A stretch of 64,000 nt of DNA from Planctomycetota bacterium (GTDB taxonomy: Bacteria; Planctomycetota; UBA1135; UBA2386). This document shows positions 9,751 through 18,637 of this stretch, piece by piece. How positions within the stretch are numbered: the first letter of the stretch is position 1; the number at the start of each line of letters is the position of its first letter. The notes below the pieces were generated by a model. That model saw only the letters and a program-made list of their open reading frames with translations. It had not been told where the DNA came from and did not search any database. Both the position numbers and the translations under genes were made by a program. Where the stretch lies: NCBI GenBank assembly GCA_044230075.1, contig JBGARS010000016.1, positions 533 through 64,532 of the forward strand. Reading direction: 5' to 3'.

Positions 9751-10290
9751 CTACTCGTCGCCGTCGCCGTCGTGCGCGCCGGGCTGCAGGCGCAGCAGCG
9801 CCCGGAAGCGCGGGTCCTTGCGCAGGGCGTCGAGGTCGGGTTCGTCGCGCGCGAAGTCGCGGAACTCGGCGTTCATGCCGCAGGCGATCGTCACTTCGTC
9901 GACCGCGCGGTCGAGTTCGCCGGCGAGCGCGAGGTAGCAGCCGAGGTTGAAGTGACCGATGTCGGAGCGCGGCGTGCGCGCCAGCAGCTGCTCCATGCAG
10001 CGGACCGCGCCGCGCAGGTCGCCGGTGCGCTTGCGGCACCAGGCCTCCGTCAGATCGACCCAATCGTCCGGCTGGTGGCCGAGCCGCAGTTCGCCGAGGT
10101 CCGCCAGGGCATCGCCGTAGCTACCGAGCCGCACATGGGCGCGCACGCGCAGGCAGAGCCCGGCTGCGCGCCCCTCCGGATCGGCCAGCAGCGGTGGCAG
10201 CAGGTCGAGGGCGCGTTCGGGGCAGCGCAGGTCCAGCCAGCCATCGATCTGGTCGGCGAGGCGCTGCAGGGAGGTAGGCACGGGGAACAC
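9751..10290 (-). CDS. Tetratricopeptide-repeat protein
   Basis: Helical repeats ending in FNLGCYLAL...ARDEPDLDALRKDPRF. Confidence 0.75.
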   Translation of the reverse strand: MFPVPTSLQRLADQIDGWLDLRCPERALDLLPPLLADPEGRAAGLCLRVRAHVRLGSYGDALADLGELRLGHQPDDWVDLTEAWCRKRTGDLRGAVRCMEQLLARTPRSDIGHFNLGCYLALAGELDRAVDEVTIACGMNAEFRDFARDEPDLDALRKDPRFRALLRLQPGAHDGDGDE

Positions 10291-10339
10291 GGGCGGGGCA
10301 GTCTCACCCAGTCACAGCGCTGCCGCAACGGCGTGGGAT

Positions 10340-11044
10340 TCAGTTCGCCGCGATCAGGTTGTCGAGGCGCGGCCAGACCTCGGCCGCCACGGTGTTGAGG
10401 CGGTGGTCGCCGTCGGGCACCAGCCAGAGTTCCTTCGCCGCATGCGGGATGGCGCGGAAGAAGCGCTCGCTGTTCTGCTGCGACACGACCGTGTCGGCGG
10501 TGCCGTGCACGAGCAGGACGGGCATCGACAACTGCTCGGGCAGGTGGCGCTCTTCGAGCCGCCGGGCGTCGGCGAGCACGCGCGCCGAGACCCGGAAGCC
10601 GATGCCGTTGCTGGTCCACAGCTTGCCATCGGCGTCGAGGTGGCGTTCGAGGTCGGTCAGGAAGCCGAGTGCCGGCGCCATCAGGCACAGGCCTGCCACC
10701 AGTTCCGGACGAGCTGCCGCCGCGAACGCCGCCACCAGGCCGCCCAGGCTGGAGCCGACGATCCGCCGCGGTCCCGTGCGCTCGAGCACGCGCTGCAGGT
10801 CGGTGATCAGCTCGCCGATCGTGACCTCCCCGATCTGGCCAGTCGATGCGCCGTGGCCGCGCTGGTCGACGCGCAGGAATGCGCGACCGCAGGTCCGGGC
10901 ATGGACGAGCAGGGAGTTGCTCTTCTCACCTTGCCGCACCGAGCCGAGGCCGTGCAGGTACAGGTAGCCGGGTTCGTCGCCGGCCAGCGCGTCGCCGCGC
11001 ACGGTGTCGCCGTCACCGACCGGGAGTTCGAACGGCGTCGTCAC
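10340..11044 (-). CDS. Alpha/beta hydrolase
   Basis: YLHGLGS, GSSLGG nucleophile elbow, VHGTADTVV, DGDHRL. Confidence 0.88.
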   Translation of the reverse strand: MTTPFELPVGDGDTVRGDALAGDEPGYLYLHGLGSVRQGEKSNSLLVHARTCGRAFLRVDQRGHGASTGQIGEVTIGELITDLQRVLERTGPRRIVGSSLGGLVAAFAAAARPELVAGLCLMAPALGFLTDLERHLDADGKLWTSNGIGFRVSARVLADARRLEERHLPEQLSMPVLLVHGTADTVVSQQNSERFFRAIPHAAKELWLVPDGDHRLNTVAAEVWPRLDNLIAAN

Positions 11045-11068
11045 CGCGCGGCAGGATCGCACACGAGA

Positions 11069-13246
11069 TCAGACGATGCGCTCGATGACGTCGACGCGAA
11101 CGCGGATCGGCCCCGTCGGCGAAGGCATCTCGCCGAACTCACCGACTGCCTTGCCGAGCAGCCCCTGCGCCATCGGCGCCAGGTAGTTGATCGTGTGGTC
11201 GTCGGTGATGTCCCACGGACCGAGCACCCGGTAGGTGTGCTTGCGGCCGGAGGTTTCCTCGGTCAGCGTGATCTTCGTGCCGGGGGCGACGCGATCGTCG
11301 GGCACGTCCTGCTCTTCGATCAGCCGCACGCTGCGCAGCTGTTGGTCCATCGTCTGCGCGCGACCGGTGAGGTTGCGCTGCTCTTCCATCGCCGACTCCC
11401 ACTCGCTGTTCTCGCTGAGGTCGCCGAGTGAGGCTGCGGCACCGATGGCCTTGCTGTTGGCGGGGATCTTCTCCTCGACCAGGTCGCGGTAGTCGTCGCG
11501 CAGCCGCCGCAGACCCTCGCGCGTGGTGAAGATCTGGTCGCGTTCCCAGAACGGCACGTCGGGCTTGGCGTGGATGTCCGGGTAGTGGTCCGCGACGGTC
11601 CGGTCGATCATGTCGACGATCTCGAGCGGGAAGTCCTCGCCGGCGCGCACGCAGATGCCGACGTACTGCGTGAGGTCGTCGCGCGAGATGCCGTCGAGCG
11701 AGAGGTTCAGCAGACCGCGTTTGCCGGTCAGCAGGCTGGTCAGGCGCCCGAGCAGGCGGCTGTGCAGCTGGTTCTTCTTGCGGTCGGCGTTCAGCACGCG
11801 GCCGAGGTGCAGCAGCACGCGGCCGACGGCGACCGGGTTCGGCCGCAGCTCGGCGCCCTCGAAGACGCCGTCGCAGTACAGCTTGCCGAGCAGGTAGATC
11901 AGCATCGGGAAGCGGTTCGGGTAGGGCGCAACCCGATCCCACATCGGCAGGCACAGCATGCCGTTGCCGGTCGACGTCAGCTTGTCGACGATGTTCTCGA
12001 CCACCGAGTTGGGCCACTCGGTGAGCATGACCGCGCACTGGTCGGCCCAGTTGTCGCCGAGCGACTTCGGCAGCAGTTCGACCGCGTGCACGCGCGAAGC
12101 CTGCGTCGCCAGCCGGTCGATCGCGACCGGGACCAGCGTGCCGTCTTCCTTCAACAGCAGCTGCTTCAGCTCGTCCGCGGCTGCGATCGAGGCGCGGCGA
12201 CCGTTCTCTTCGAGGAACAGGATGCCGTCGAGGATGTGCGCGTGCGTGGCCTTCTTCTCCTCGATCGCCTGCTCGACGACCTTGGTCGCGAGTCCGAGGA
12301 TCTGCGTGCGGACCTCCTCGTCCTGGCCGCGCGCGAGGTAGTCGCGCAGCACGCCGATGCGCTGGCCGAGGTCGTTCTGGTGCCGCAGCGTGTTGGTGGC
12401 CTCTTCGACCAGGCCGACCGGCTTGTCGCGCAGCAGGAACACGGGGCGCGTCGTCGAACCCTCGACCTTCAGCCACGGATCCTTCGCCGCGGCTGCCTTG
12501 GCGCGCTTCCAGAACGCTGGCCAGGCCTTCTCTTCGATGATCGTTCCGCACAGCTCGGTCTTCACCTGGGCACTCGTGATGGTGCCGCGGTAGAGCGTCG
12601 CGGTGCGCCGGATCAGGCCGCTCGGGTCCTGCGCCGCTTCGACCCGCAGCGCGTCCATGTGCTGCAGCTTCATCGCCCGCAGGTCTTCGGCGTCGAGCGC
12701 CTTGAAGCGCGTGAGCAGCGTGTCGAGCGGGAAGTGCTCACGCCGGCCCGTGGCGAAGCGCACCGTCGTGTCCTCGGTCTCGGCCGAGAAGCCCTCGACC
12801 TGGCCTTCGCCCCAGCCGGCGCCGTGGTAGACGACGTGGCCCTTGGTGTAGCGGCGCAGGCGGTCGAACTCGAGGATCGCCTGCACGCTTGCCGACTGCA
12901 GGCCGGCGCGCGTCTTCAGCACCGAGAACCACGGCTCCTCGCCGTAGCTCTTCTCGATCAGTCCGGCGACCGTGATCGTCAGCGCTTCGTTGTGCGCGCT
13001 GCGGCGCATGACGCGGAAGCCGAGCTCCATCGCGGCGTCGGTGTGACCCTTCGCCGCGAGCGCATCGATCATCGTGCTGGCAAGGCCCAGGGCGCGGCTC
13101 GCCATGTCCTGGTCGCACAGAAGGTCGATCGCCTTGGCGTAGAGACCGGTGTCCTCGGCCCGGGGGGCCTTCGCAGCCTGCCCCCAAGCGGTGTCGAGGT
13201 CGTCGAATTGGAGGGAACGGGCGAGCTGGACGAGGTCGTTCGTCAC
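11069..13246 (-). CDS. greA: Extended GreA/GreB transcription elongation factor (~725 aa)
   Basis: C-terminal GDLSENSEW, VAPGTKI, INYLAPMAQGLLGK; about 570-aa helical N-terminal extension; GTG start at 13246 chosen. Confidence 0.88.
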   Translation of the reverse strand: MTNDLVQLARSLQFDDLDTAWGQAAKAPRAEDTGLYAKAIDLLCDQDMASRALGLASTMIDALAAKGHTDAAMELGFRVMRRSAHNEALTITVAGLIEKSYGEEPWFSVLKTRAGLQSASVQAILEFDRLRRYTKGHVVYHGAGWGEGQVEGFSAETEDTTVRFATGRREHFPLDTLLTRFKALDAEDLRAMKLQHMDALRVEAAQDPSGLIRRTATLYRGTITSAQVKTELCGTIIEEKAWPAFWKRAKAAAAKDPWLKVEGSTTRPVFLLRDKPVGLVEEATNTLRHQNDLGQRIGVLRDYLARGQDEEVRTQILGLATKVVEQAIEEKKATHAHILDGILFLEENGRRASIAAADELKQLLLKEDGTLVPVAIDRLATQASRVHAVELLPKSLGDNWADQCAVMLTEWPNSVVENIVDKLTSTGNGMLCLPMWDRVAPYPNRFPMLIYLLGKLYCDGVFEGAELRPNPVAVGRVLLHLGRVLNADRKKNQLHSRLLGRLTSLLTGKRGLLNLSLDGISRDDLTQYVGICVRAGEDFPLEIVDMIDRTVADHYPDIHAKPDVPFWERDQIFTTREGLRRLRDDYRDLVEEKIPANSKAIGAAASLGDLSENSEWESAMEEQRNLTGRAQTMDQQLRSVRLIEEQDVPDDRVAPGTKITLTEETSGRKHTYRVLGPWDITDDHTINYLAPMAQGLLGKAVGEFGEMPSPTGPIRVRVDVIERIV

Positions 13247-13462
13247 GTGGCCAGGTGCAGTTTGAAGGTGCGAGGAAATGGGCGGGAGACGATACCTGTC
13301 GCGTCCGCGCATGGCCAGTCTCAACCGAGGCTCCTGCCAAGGTCACAGGAAATGCTCCCCCGCGGCGGCTTCGGCGGTGGCCGGCGGCGCTCCCTGGGCG
13401 CGTTCCGCGCGCATGCGCCCGGTTTCCCGGGGTCGTGGCCGGCCGACCCCGCCTGCGGGCCG

Positions 13463-14191
13463 CTATTCCGCGAGCCGCGCGATCAGCGTGTTCACGTTCG
13501 TTGCCGAGCAGGACTCGTCGAACGACGCCAGCGGCACCTCGTCGAGCACCTCGTCTTCGGCGACCATGATCACGTAGAACTCCTGCCCATACTGGCCGCG
13601 GAACGCGACGATCTTGCGCAGGATCGGCGTCTTGGCGTCCTCGACGCCTTCGATGACCACGCTCTTGCCTTCGCGGCCGCGGCCGCGCAGCACGATCATC
13701 GGTGCGTAGGCGGCCACCAGGCCTTCGCTGTAGCGCACTTCGTAGTGGCGGGGGCTGTGGCTGTGCACCACGCCGGCGATGCCGAGCCGGTTGCAGAGCT
13801 GCTGTTCGAGGCGATTCGACAGCAAGCGGCCGCCACAGCGGCCGTAGCCGGCGCCGCCGCCACCGTGTGCCATCAGGACGTCGTCGTCGTCCAGGTTCGC
13901 CACCGCACGCGGCACGAACGCCGGCCGTGCCGCCGCGGCACGGGCGCCGGCCTTGGGCTGGCGCAGCGCGGCGGGGCCGCTCCGAGCCTTGCGGGTGCCG
14001 TTGCCACCGGTTGCCGGCGGGGTCTTGCTGGCTTCGGACTTGCCACCGGCAGGCCTGGGCGTGCGCGACTTCGCGCTCGGAGTCTTCGTGCTCGGGGACT
14101 TTGCGACGCCGAGGGCGCCGTCGGCCTTCGCGGGCTTCGGGCTGGGTTTGCTGGCCTTCGTTGGGGACTTGCTGGGTGCTCTCGTCGGCAT
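13463..14191 (-). CDS. Hypothetical protein: Lys/Ala/Pro/Ser-rich basic N-terminus plus degenerate PD-(D/E)XK-like C-terminal domain
   Basis: ATG at 14191; low-complexity basic first ~95 aa, then SNRLEQQLCNRL...YAPMIVL...VVIEGV. Confidence 0.7.
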   Translation of the reverse strand: MPTRAPSKSPTKASKPSPKPAKADGALGVAKSPSTKTPSAKSRTPRPAGGKSEASKTPPATGGNGTRKARSGPAALRQPKAGARAAAARPAFVPRAVANLDDDDVLMAHGGGGAGYGRCGGRLLSNRLEQQLCNRLGIAGVVHSHSPRHYEVRYSEGLVAAYAPMIVLRGRGREGKSVVIEGVEDAKTPILRKIVAFRGQYGQEFYVIMVAEDEVLDEVPLASFDESCSATNVNTLIARLAE

Positions 14192-14435
14192 GGAGGTGTG
14201 TGTGGTGTGTGTGTCGGTGCCGGTCGGTCCTCGCCGGCGATGCGCCATGCCGCAACCAAACAGTGTGGCTTGGGCGGCTGGGAGGCGAGGATCCGGCGGC
14301 GGTCCCGAGGCAGGTGCGTCGGCGAGCAGCGTAGCAGAATCGAACCCACCGGGAAGCCCCGACGCAGCGTGCGTAGGCTCACCGCCGGTGCCATCGGCAG
14401 TGGTTTCCGCCGCGTTCTGCCCGCACACTGCGCGC

Positions 14436-14984
14436 ATGACGAAGGCCACCGGCCCGACTTCGGAGCCGACCCCGGCCCCGCGGCAACGCGTGCTGACGCT
14501 GCCGCTGGTGGTGTTCCTGGTCGGCGTGCTGCTGGTGCTCGGTTACGCGGCGCGGCTGGCGCTGGTGCCGCCGACGGCGGCGCAGGCGATCGTGCTGTTG
14601 GCGGACGGCGACGCCGACGCCGAGGAGCGGCAGCGGTTGCTGCGCATCCTGGTGCAGCAGGGGCAGGTGAGTCCTTCGATCGGTGAGCGTTGGGCAGGCG
14701 CAGTGGCCGCGGTCGCGCTCGAAGACCGCGACGGACTGGCCGCAGTGCGGCATGGATTGGGTGACGGCGATGTTCTCAAACCGTTGCCAGCAAGCCAGGA
14801 ACGAGAGTTCCTCCACCTGGGTGACCCGCTGCTCGGCAACCTCGCCGCCGCCTGGCTCGCCGAGGCTGCCGGTGACCGCGAAGCAGCGCTCGTGCACTGG
14901 CGCCAGCTGGCGGCCCAGTGCCGGTTCGTGCCCCACCCGTTGGCCGCCGAACTCGCCGCCGCCGGGGTCCAGCGGACCGGCTGA
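14436..14984 (+). CDS. Hypothetical single-pass membrane protein
   Basis: One TM helix LPLVVFLVGVLLVLGYAA followed by a helical domain; CACACT-N6-ATG start context. Confidence 0.65.
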   Translation: MTKATGPTSEPTPAPRQRVLTLPLVVFLVGVLLVLGYAARLALVPPTAAQAIVLLADGDADAEERQRLLRILVQQGQVSPSIGERWAGAVAAVALEDRDGLAAVRHGLGDGDVLKPLPASQEREFLHLGDPLLGNLAAAWLAEAAGDREAALVHWRQLAAQCRFVPHPLAAELAAAGVQRTG

Positions 14985-15076
14985 AGCCCGGCCGACACGG
15001 CCGGTGACCAGCCCCGGTCGCCCTCAAGGCCGATGTGCCGCAACGCCGATGCTGTCGGACGGAGGCACGCTGGCGC

Positions 15077-16369
15077 ATGGAAGACATCAGGTTGGGAGCA
15101 ATCCTGCTGGAGGGCGGGGTCGTCGACGAAGCCGGGCTCGAGCGGTGCCTGGCCATCCAGTCCCTGACCGGCGGGGCGCGTCCGCTCGGTCAGGTGCTGG
15201 TCGAACAGGGCCTGATCGGGACCGAGGACCTGCAGCGCATCCTCGATTTGCAGCGCACGCGGGTCGCGCGGCGGGCGGCCGAGGTGCAGGACACCGACGT
15301 CGGCTGTGGCGCCCTGCTGCAGGCGGCGGGTTGCCAGCGCGCGACCGAGATCGTCGTCAGCGAAGGGCGCCCCGTGCGCATGCGCGTCGCCTGTGAATGG
15401 CGCCAGCTGACCAACGAGTCGCTGCGTGGCCCCGAGGTGTGGGAGTTCGTGCGCGAGCTGATGGGCACCGAGGTGCTCGAGATGCTCGCCGAGCGGCACT
15501 TCGTCGTGCACGCGTGGGATCGCGGTGACATCGGCCGCGGCTCCGCGACCGCGTTCCGCCAGTTCGACGGCGTCGCCGTGCGCGTGACCTTCGCCGCCGC
15601 CGAGGCCCCGACCGCCGAAGCCGCCAGCCTGCCCGCGAGCCTCGTGCAGATCGTGCAGGGCGGCAAGGGCCTCGTGCTGATCACTGGCGAACGTGGCATC
15701 GGCCGCGCTGATGCGCTGGCGCCGATGGTGCAGCTCGCGGCGCGCCAGAACGACCACTACGTCGTCGTGATCGACGACGAGCCGCTGCCGCTGCCGACCA
15801 CCGGGGCGCTGGTCGTGCGCCGGCGCTTCGGCATCTCGCCGGCCGAACGCGCGGCGACGCTGCGCAATGTCGTGCGCGAGGATCCGGACACCCTGGTCAT
15901 CGCCGACGTCGGCAGTCCCGAGACGTTCGAGCTGGCGCTGCGTGCGGCCGAAGGCGGCCGGCTCGTGATCGCCTACATGGACGCCTGCACGGCGCCCGCC
16001 GCGCTCGTGCGCGCACTGAACTTCTACCCGACCTACGACCTGCCGCGCGTGCGTTCGACGCTGGCTGCCGTGCTGCGCGCCGTGCTGGTGCGACAGATGC
16101 TGCCCGACGTGGCGCACGAGGGCACCGTCGCCGCCACCGAGTTCCTGCTGGTCGACGACGCGGTGCGCGAGGTCGTTCGCAGCGGCGAACTGATGGACCT
16201 CGGTCTGCTGATCCGCGCCGAGGGCAGCCGCTGTGGCCACTCGCTGGATCGTTGCATGCTCGAACTGCTCGTCGCCGGCCGCGTGCGCATGGAAGACGTC
16301 TTCGCGCGGGCCGAGGAGAAGGCCTGGCTGCTCGAGCGCACCAAGGACCTGCAAGCCAACACCAGGTGA
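15077..16369 (+). CDS. MshEN-domain PilT-family protein with degenerate ATPase motifs
   Basis: Tandem RLGAILLEGGVVDEAGLERCLAIQ / PLGQVLVEQGLIGTEDLQRILDLQ. PilT-like body with GERGIGRAD in place of Walker A. SD GGAGG at 15061-15065. Confidence 0.85.
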   Translation: MEDIRLGAILLEGGVVDEAGLERCLAIQSLTGGARPLGQVLVEQGLIGTEDLQRILDLQRTRVARRAAEVQDTDVGCGALLQAAGCQRATEIVVSEGRPVRMRVACEWRQLTNESLRGPEVWEFVRELMGTEVLEMLAERHFVVHAWDRGDIGRGSATAFRQFDGVAVRVTFAAAEAPTAEAASLPASLVQIVQGGKGLVLITGERGIGRADALAPMVQLAARQNDHYVVVIDDEPLPLPTTGALVVRRRFGISPAERAATLRNVVREDPDTLVIADVGSPETFELALRAAEGGRLVIAYMDACTAPAALVRALNFYPTYDLPRVRSTLAAVLRAVLVRQMLPDVAHEGTVAATEFLLVDDAVREVVRSGELMDLGLLIRAEGSRCGHSLDRCMLELLVAGRVRMEDVFARAEEKAWLLERTKDLQANTR

Positions 16370-16372
16370 CCC

Positions 16373-17452
16373 GTGGACACGCAACGACTCGAAACCCTGC
16401 TCGCAGCCATGACCCGTGTCGGCGCCTCGGCGCTGCACCTCGTGCCCGGCCGTTCGCCGGCCTTGCGCGTCCAGCGCCGCTTCGTCGCCGGTGACGAGAT
16501 GCCGGTGCAGGCGACCGACATCGACGAGCTGACGCGGGACATGCTGTTCTCCGATCACCGCGACCGACTGGAACACAGCGGTCACGTCGAAGTGCTCTAC
16601 GTCGCGCGCAGCGGCAAGCGGTACCGGGCGACGGTCGCCGACATCGGTGGCGCGGGTTCGCTGGTGCTGCGGCCGCTGCCCGAGGGCACGCCGAAACTGG
16701 ACAACCTCGAACTGCCGGAGCAGGTCGGCTCGTTCGCACGCGGCCGCAGTGGCTTCGTGCCGGTCGCCGGCTTCTTCGGCTCCGGCAAGAGCACGACGCT
16801 CGCGGCGCTGGTCGGCGTGCTGAACCAGGACCCGACGCGGCACATCGTGACGATCGAGGACACGATCGAGTTCGTGCACGAGAACGGCGCCGCACTGCTG
16901 CACCAACGCGAGGTGGGCACGCACGTCGCGACCGCGGCAGCAGGCATCCAGCAGGCCGTGGCCACGGGCGTCGATGCGATCGTCGTCGGCGAGATCCGTG
17001 ACGGCGAGACGCTCGACGCAGCGATCACGGCCGCCGAGTCGGGCTGCCTCGTCTTCGGCGGCGTCGAGGCCGGCTCGATCGTCGGCGCGCTCACCGAACT
17101 GTCCCTGATGGTGCCCGTCGAGGAGCGGCCGCGGTTGCGCGTTCGCCTGTCGCGCGTGCTGCGCGGCGCCCTGGCGCAGAGCCTGCTGCAGCGTTCCCAC
17201 CGTGCCGGGCGCGTCGCGGTCGTCGAGATCCTGGTCGCCAACCCCGCCGCGCGCGCCGCGATCCGCAATGGCAACCTGCAGGACCTGCACGCGATCATGC
17301 AGCGCTGCCGTGGCCTCGGCATGCAGACGTCGGACATCGCCCTGCGCGCGCTGCTGGCGCGGCACCTGGTCACGCAGGAAGAGGCGCTGCTGCACGCGAC
17401 CGACCGCGACGAAGTGCTCGCCCGCGGTCCGATGTCGGCCCCCGGTCGCTGA
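16373..17452 (+). CDS. pilT: PilT/PilU-family ATPase
   Basis: ASALHLVPG.SP, Walker A GFFGSGKST, TIEDTIEF, QREVG, Walker B IVVGEIRD, AAESG. Confidence 0.85.
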   Translation: MDTQRLETLLAAMTRVGASALHLVPGRSPALRVQRRFVAGDEMPVQATDIDELTRDMLFSDHRDRLEHSGHVEVLYVARSGKRYRATVADIGGAGSLVLRPLPEGTPKLDNLELPEQVGSFARGRSGFVPVAGFFGSGKSTTLAALVGVLNQDPTRHIVTIEDTIEFVHENGAALLHQREVGTHVATAAAGIQQAVATGVDAIVVGEIRDGETLDAAITAAESGCLVFGGVEAGSIVGALTELSLMVPVEERPRLRVRLSRVLRGALAQSLLQRSHRAGRVAVVEILVANPAARAAIRNGNLQDLHAIMQRCRGLGMQTSDIALRALLARHLVTQEEALLHATDRDEVLARGPMSAPGR

Positions 17453-17625
17453 ACCGCACCCGGTGCGGGCTGCGTGCCGCCGGCGGCCATCCGGTCGATG
17501 GCATCGGTCTCACGGCGCCAACGCTCCCGGCCGACGAGTGTCGTCGATCCCGACGGTGTGGATGCGCCGCCGGTGACATGGGGTTCTCCCGCATGCCGCG
17601 AGCGACGATTCTCGGCGATCGACTC

Positions 17626-17652
17626 TCAAGCGGTGGCTCGGAAGGCCGAACA
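17626..17652 (+). promoter_or_regulatory. Sigma28 (FliA/SigD)-type promoter of flagellin
   Basis: TCAA (17626-17629)-N15-GCCGAACA (17645-17652) versus consensus TAAA-N15-GCCGATAA, 65 nt before the flagellin ATG. Confidence 0.75.
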
Positions 17653-17717
17653 TCCCATGGAGCCGGGGAATCGAAGCCCTGGTTCGACAGTCGGCGAACA
17701 CGGAGAGGCAAAGGAAC

Positions 17718-18548
17718 ATGGGACTCAGGGTCAACACGAACATCGCATCGATCAATGCGCAGCGGAACACGGCGCAGGTGACGACGCGACTTGCACGCAA
17801 CTACCAGCGGCTGTCCACCGGCCTGCGCATCTCGACCGCCGCGGACGACGCGGCCGGTCTCGCGATCTCCGAACGGCTGCGGGCGCAGGTCCGTTCGTTG
17901 GGACAGGCGTCGCGCAACGCCAACGACGGCATCTCCCTCGTGCAGGTGGGCGAAGGCGCGCTCAACGAGGTCAGCAACATCCTGGTGCGGTTGCGCGAGC
18001 TGTCCATCCAGTCGGCGAACGGATCGTCCTCGAACCAGGATCGCAACACGATCAAGGAGGAGTTCGACAGCCTCGTCGGCGAGATCAACCGCATCGCGCA
18101 GTCGACCGAATTCAACGGCGTCAAGCTGCTGGACGGGTCGTCGAGCACGGTCACCTTCCAGGTCGGCATCAACTCGATCGCCGGCATCGACACGCTCAAC
18201 GTGTCGCTGGCGCCGTCGCTCAGCACCTCGCTCGGCCTGTCGACGCTCGACATCGGCTCGGGCGGCAACACGTCGTTCGCGATCGCACAGATCGACAACG
18301 CCGTCAACTCGGTGTCCGGTCTGCGCGGCAAGTTCGGTTCGCTGCAGAACCGCCTGCAGTCGACGATCGCCAACCTAGGTGTCGCCGCCGAGTCGCTGTC
18401 GGCCGCCGAGAGCCGCATCCGCGACGTCGACGTCGCCTACGAGACCGCGGAACTGACGCGCAACAACATCCTGCAGCAGGCATCGATCTCGATCTTGTCA
18501 CAGGCCAACGCGCAGCCGCAGGCCGCCCTGCAGCTGCTGCAGCGCTAG
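17718..18548 (+). CDS. fliC: Flagellin, minimal (276 aa)
   Basis: MGLRVNTNIASINAQR, QRLSTGLRISTAADDAAGLAISE, NANDGISLVQ, SRIRDVDVAYE, ILQQA...QANAQP. Confidence 0.97.
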   Translation: MGLRVNTNIASINAQRNTAQVTTRLARNYQRLSTGLRISTAADDAAGLAISERLRAQVRSLGQASRNANDGISLVQVGEGALNEVSNILVRLRELSIQSANGSSSNQDRNTIKEEFDSLVGEINRIAQSTEFNGVKLLDGSSSTVTFQVGINSIAGIDTLNVSLAPSLSTSLGLSTLDIGSGGNTSFAIAQIDNAVNSVSGLRGKFGSLQNRLQSTIANLGVAAESLSAAESRIRDVDVAYETAELTRNNILQQASISILSQANAQPQAALQLLQR

Positions 18549-18560
18549 TCACCTGAGCCC

Positions 18561-18591
18561 GCCCGGTAGCGACGCTGTCGTCGCGCCGGGC
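18561..18591 (+). terminator. Hairpin downstream of fliC
   Basis: GCCCGG-ta-GCGACG-ctgt-CGTCGC-g-CCGGGC; no clear U tract. Confidence 0.45.
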
Positions 18592-18637
18592 GCCGATCGC
18601 TTGCGCCGATCGCCCGCGCGTCGTCTGCTTCGCCGGC

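Noticed and set aside
15024-15052. Second sigma28-like site TCAA-N17-GCCGATGC upstream of the MshEN-PilT
   Set aside because: The spacer is 2 nt longer than the consensus and the fliC site, and GCCGA is frequent in this DNA. Attractive but unsupported without TSS data.
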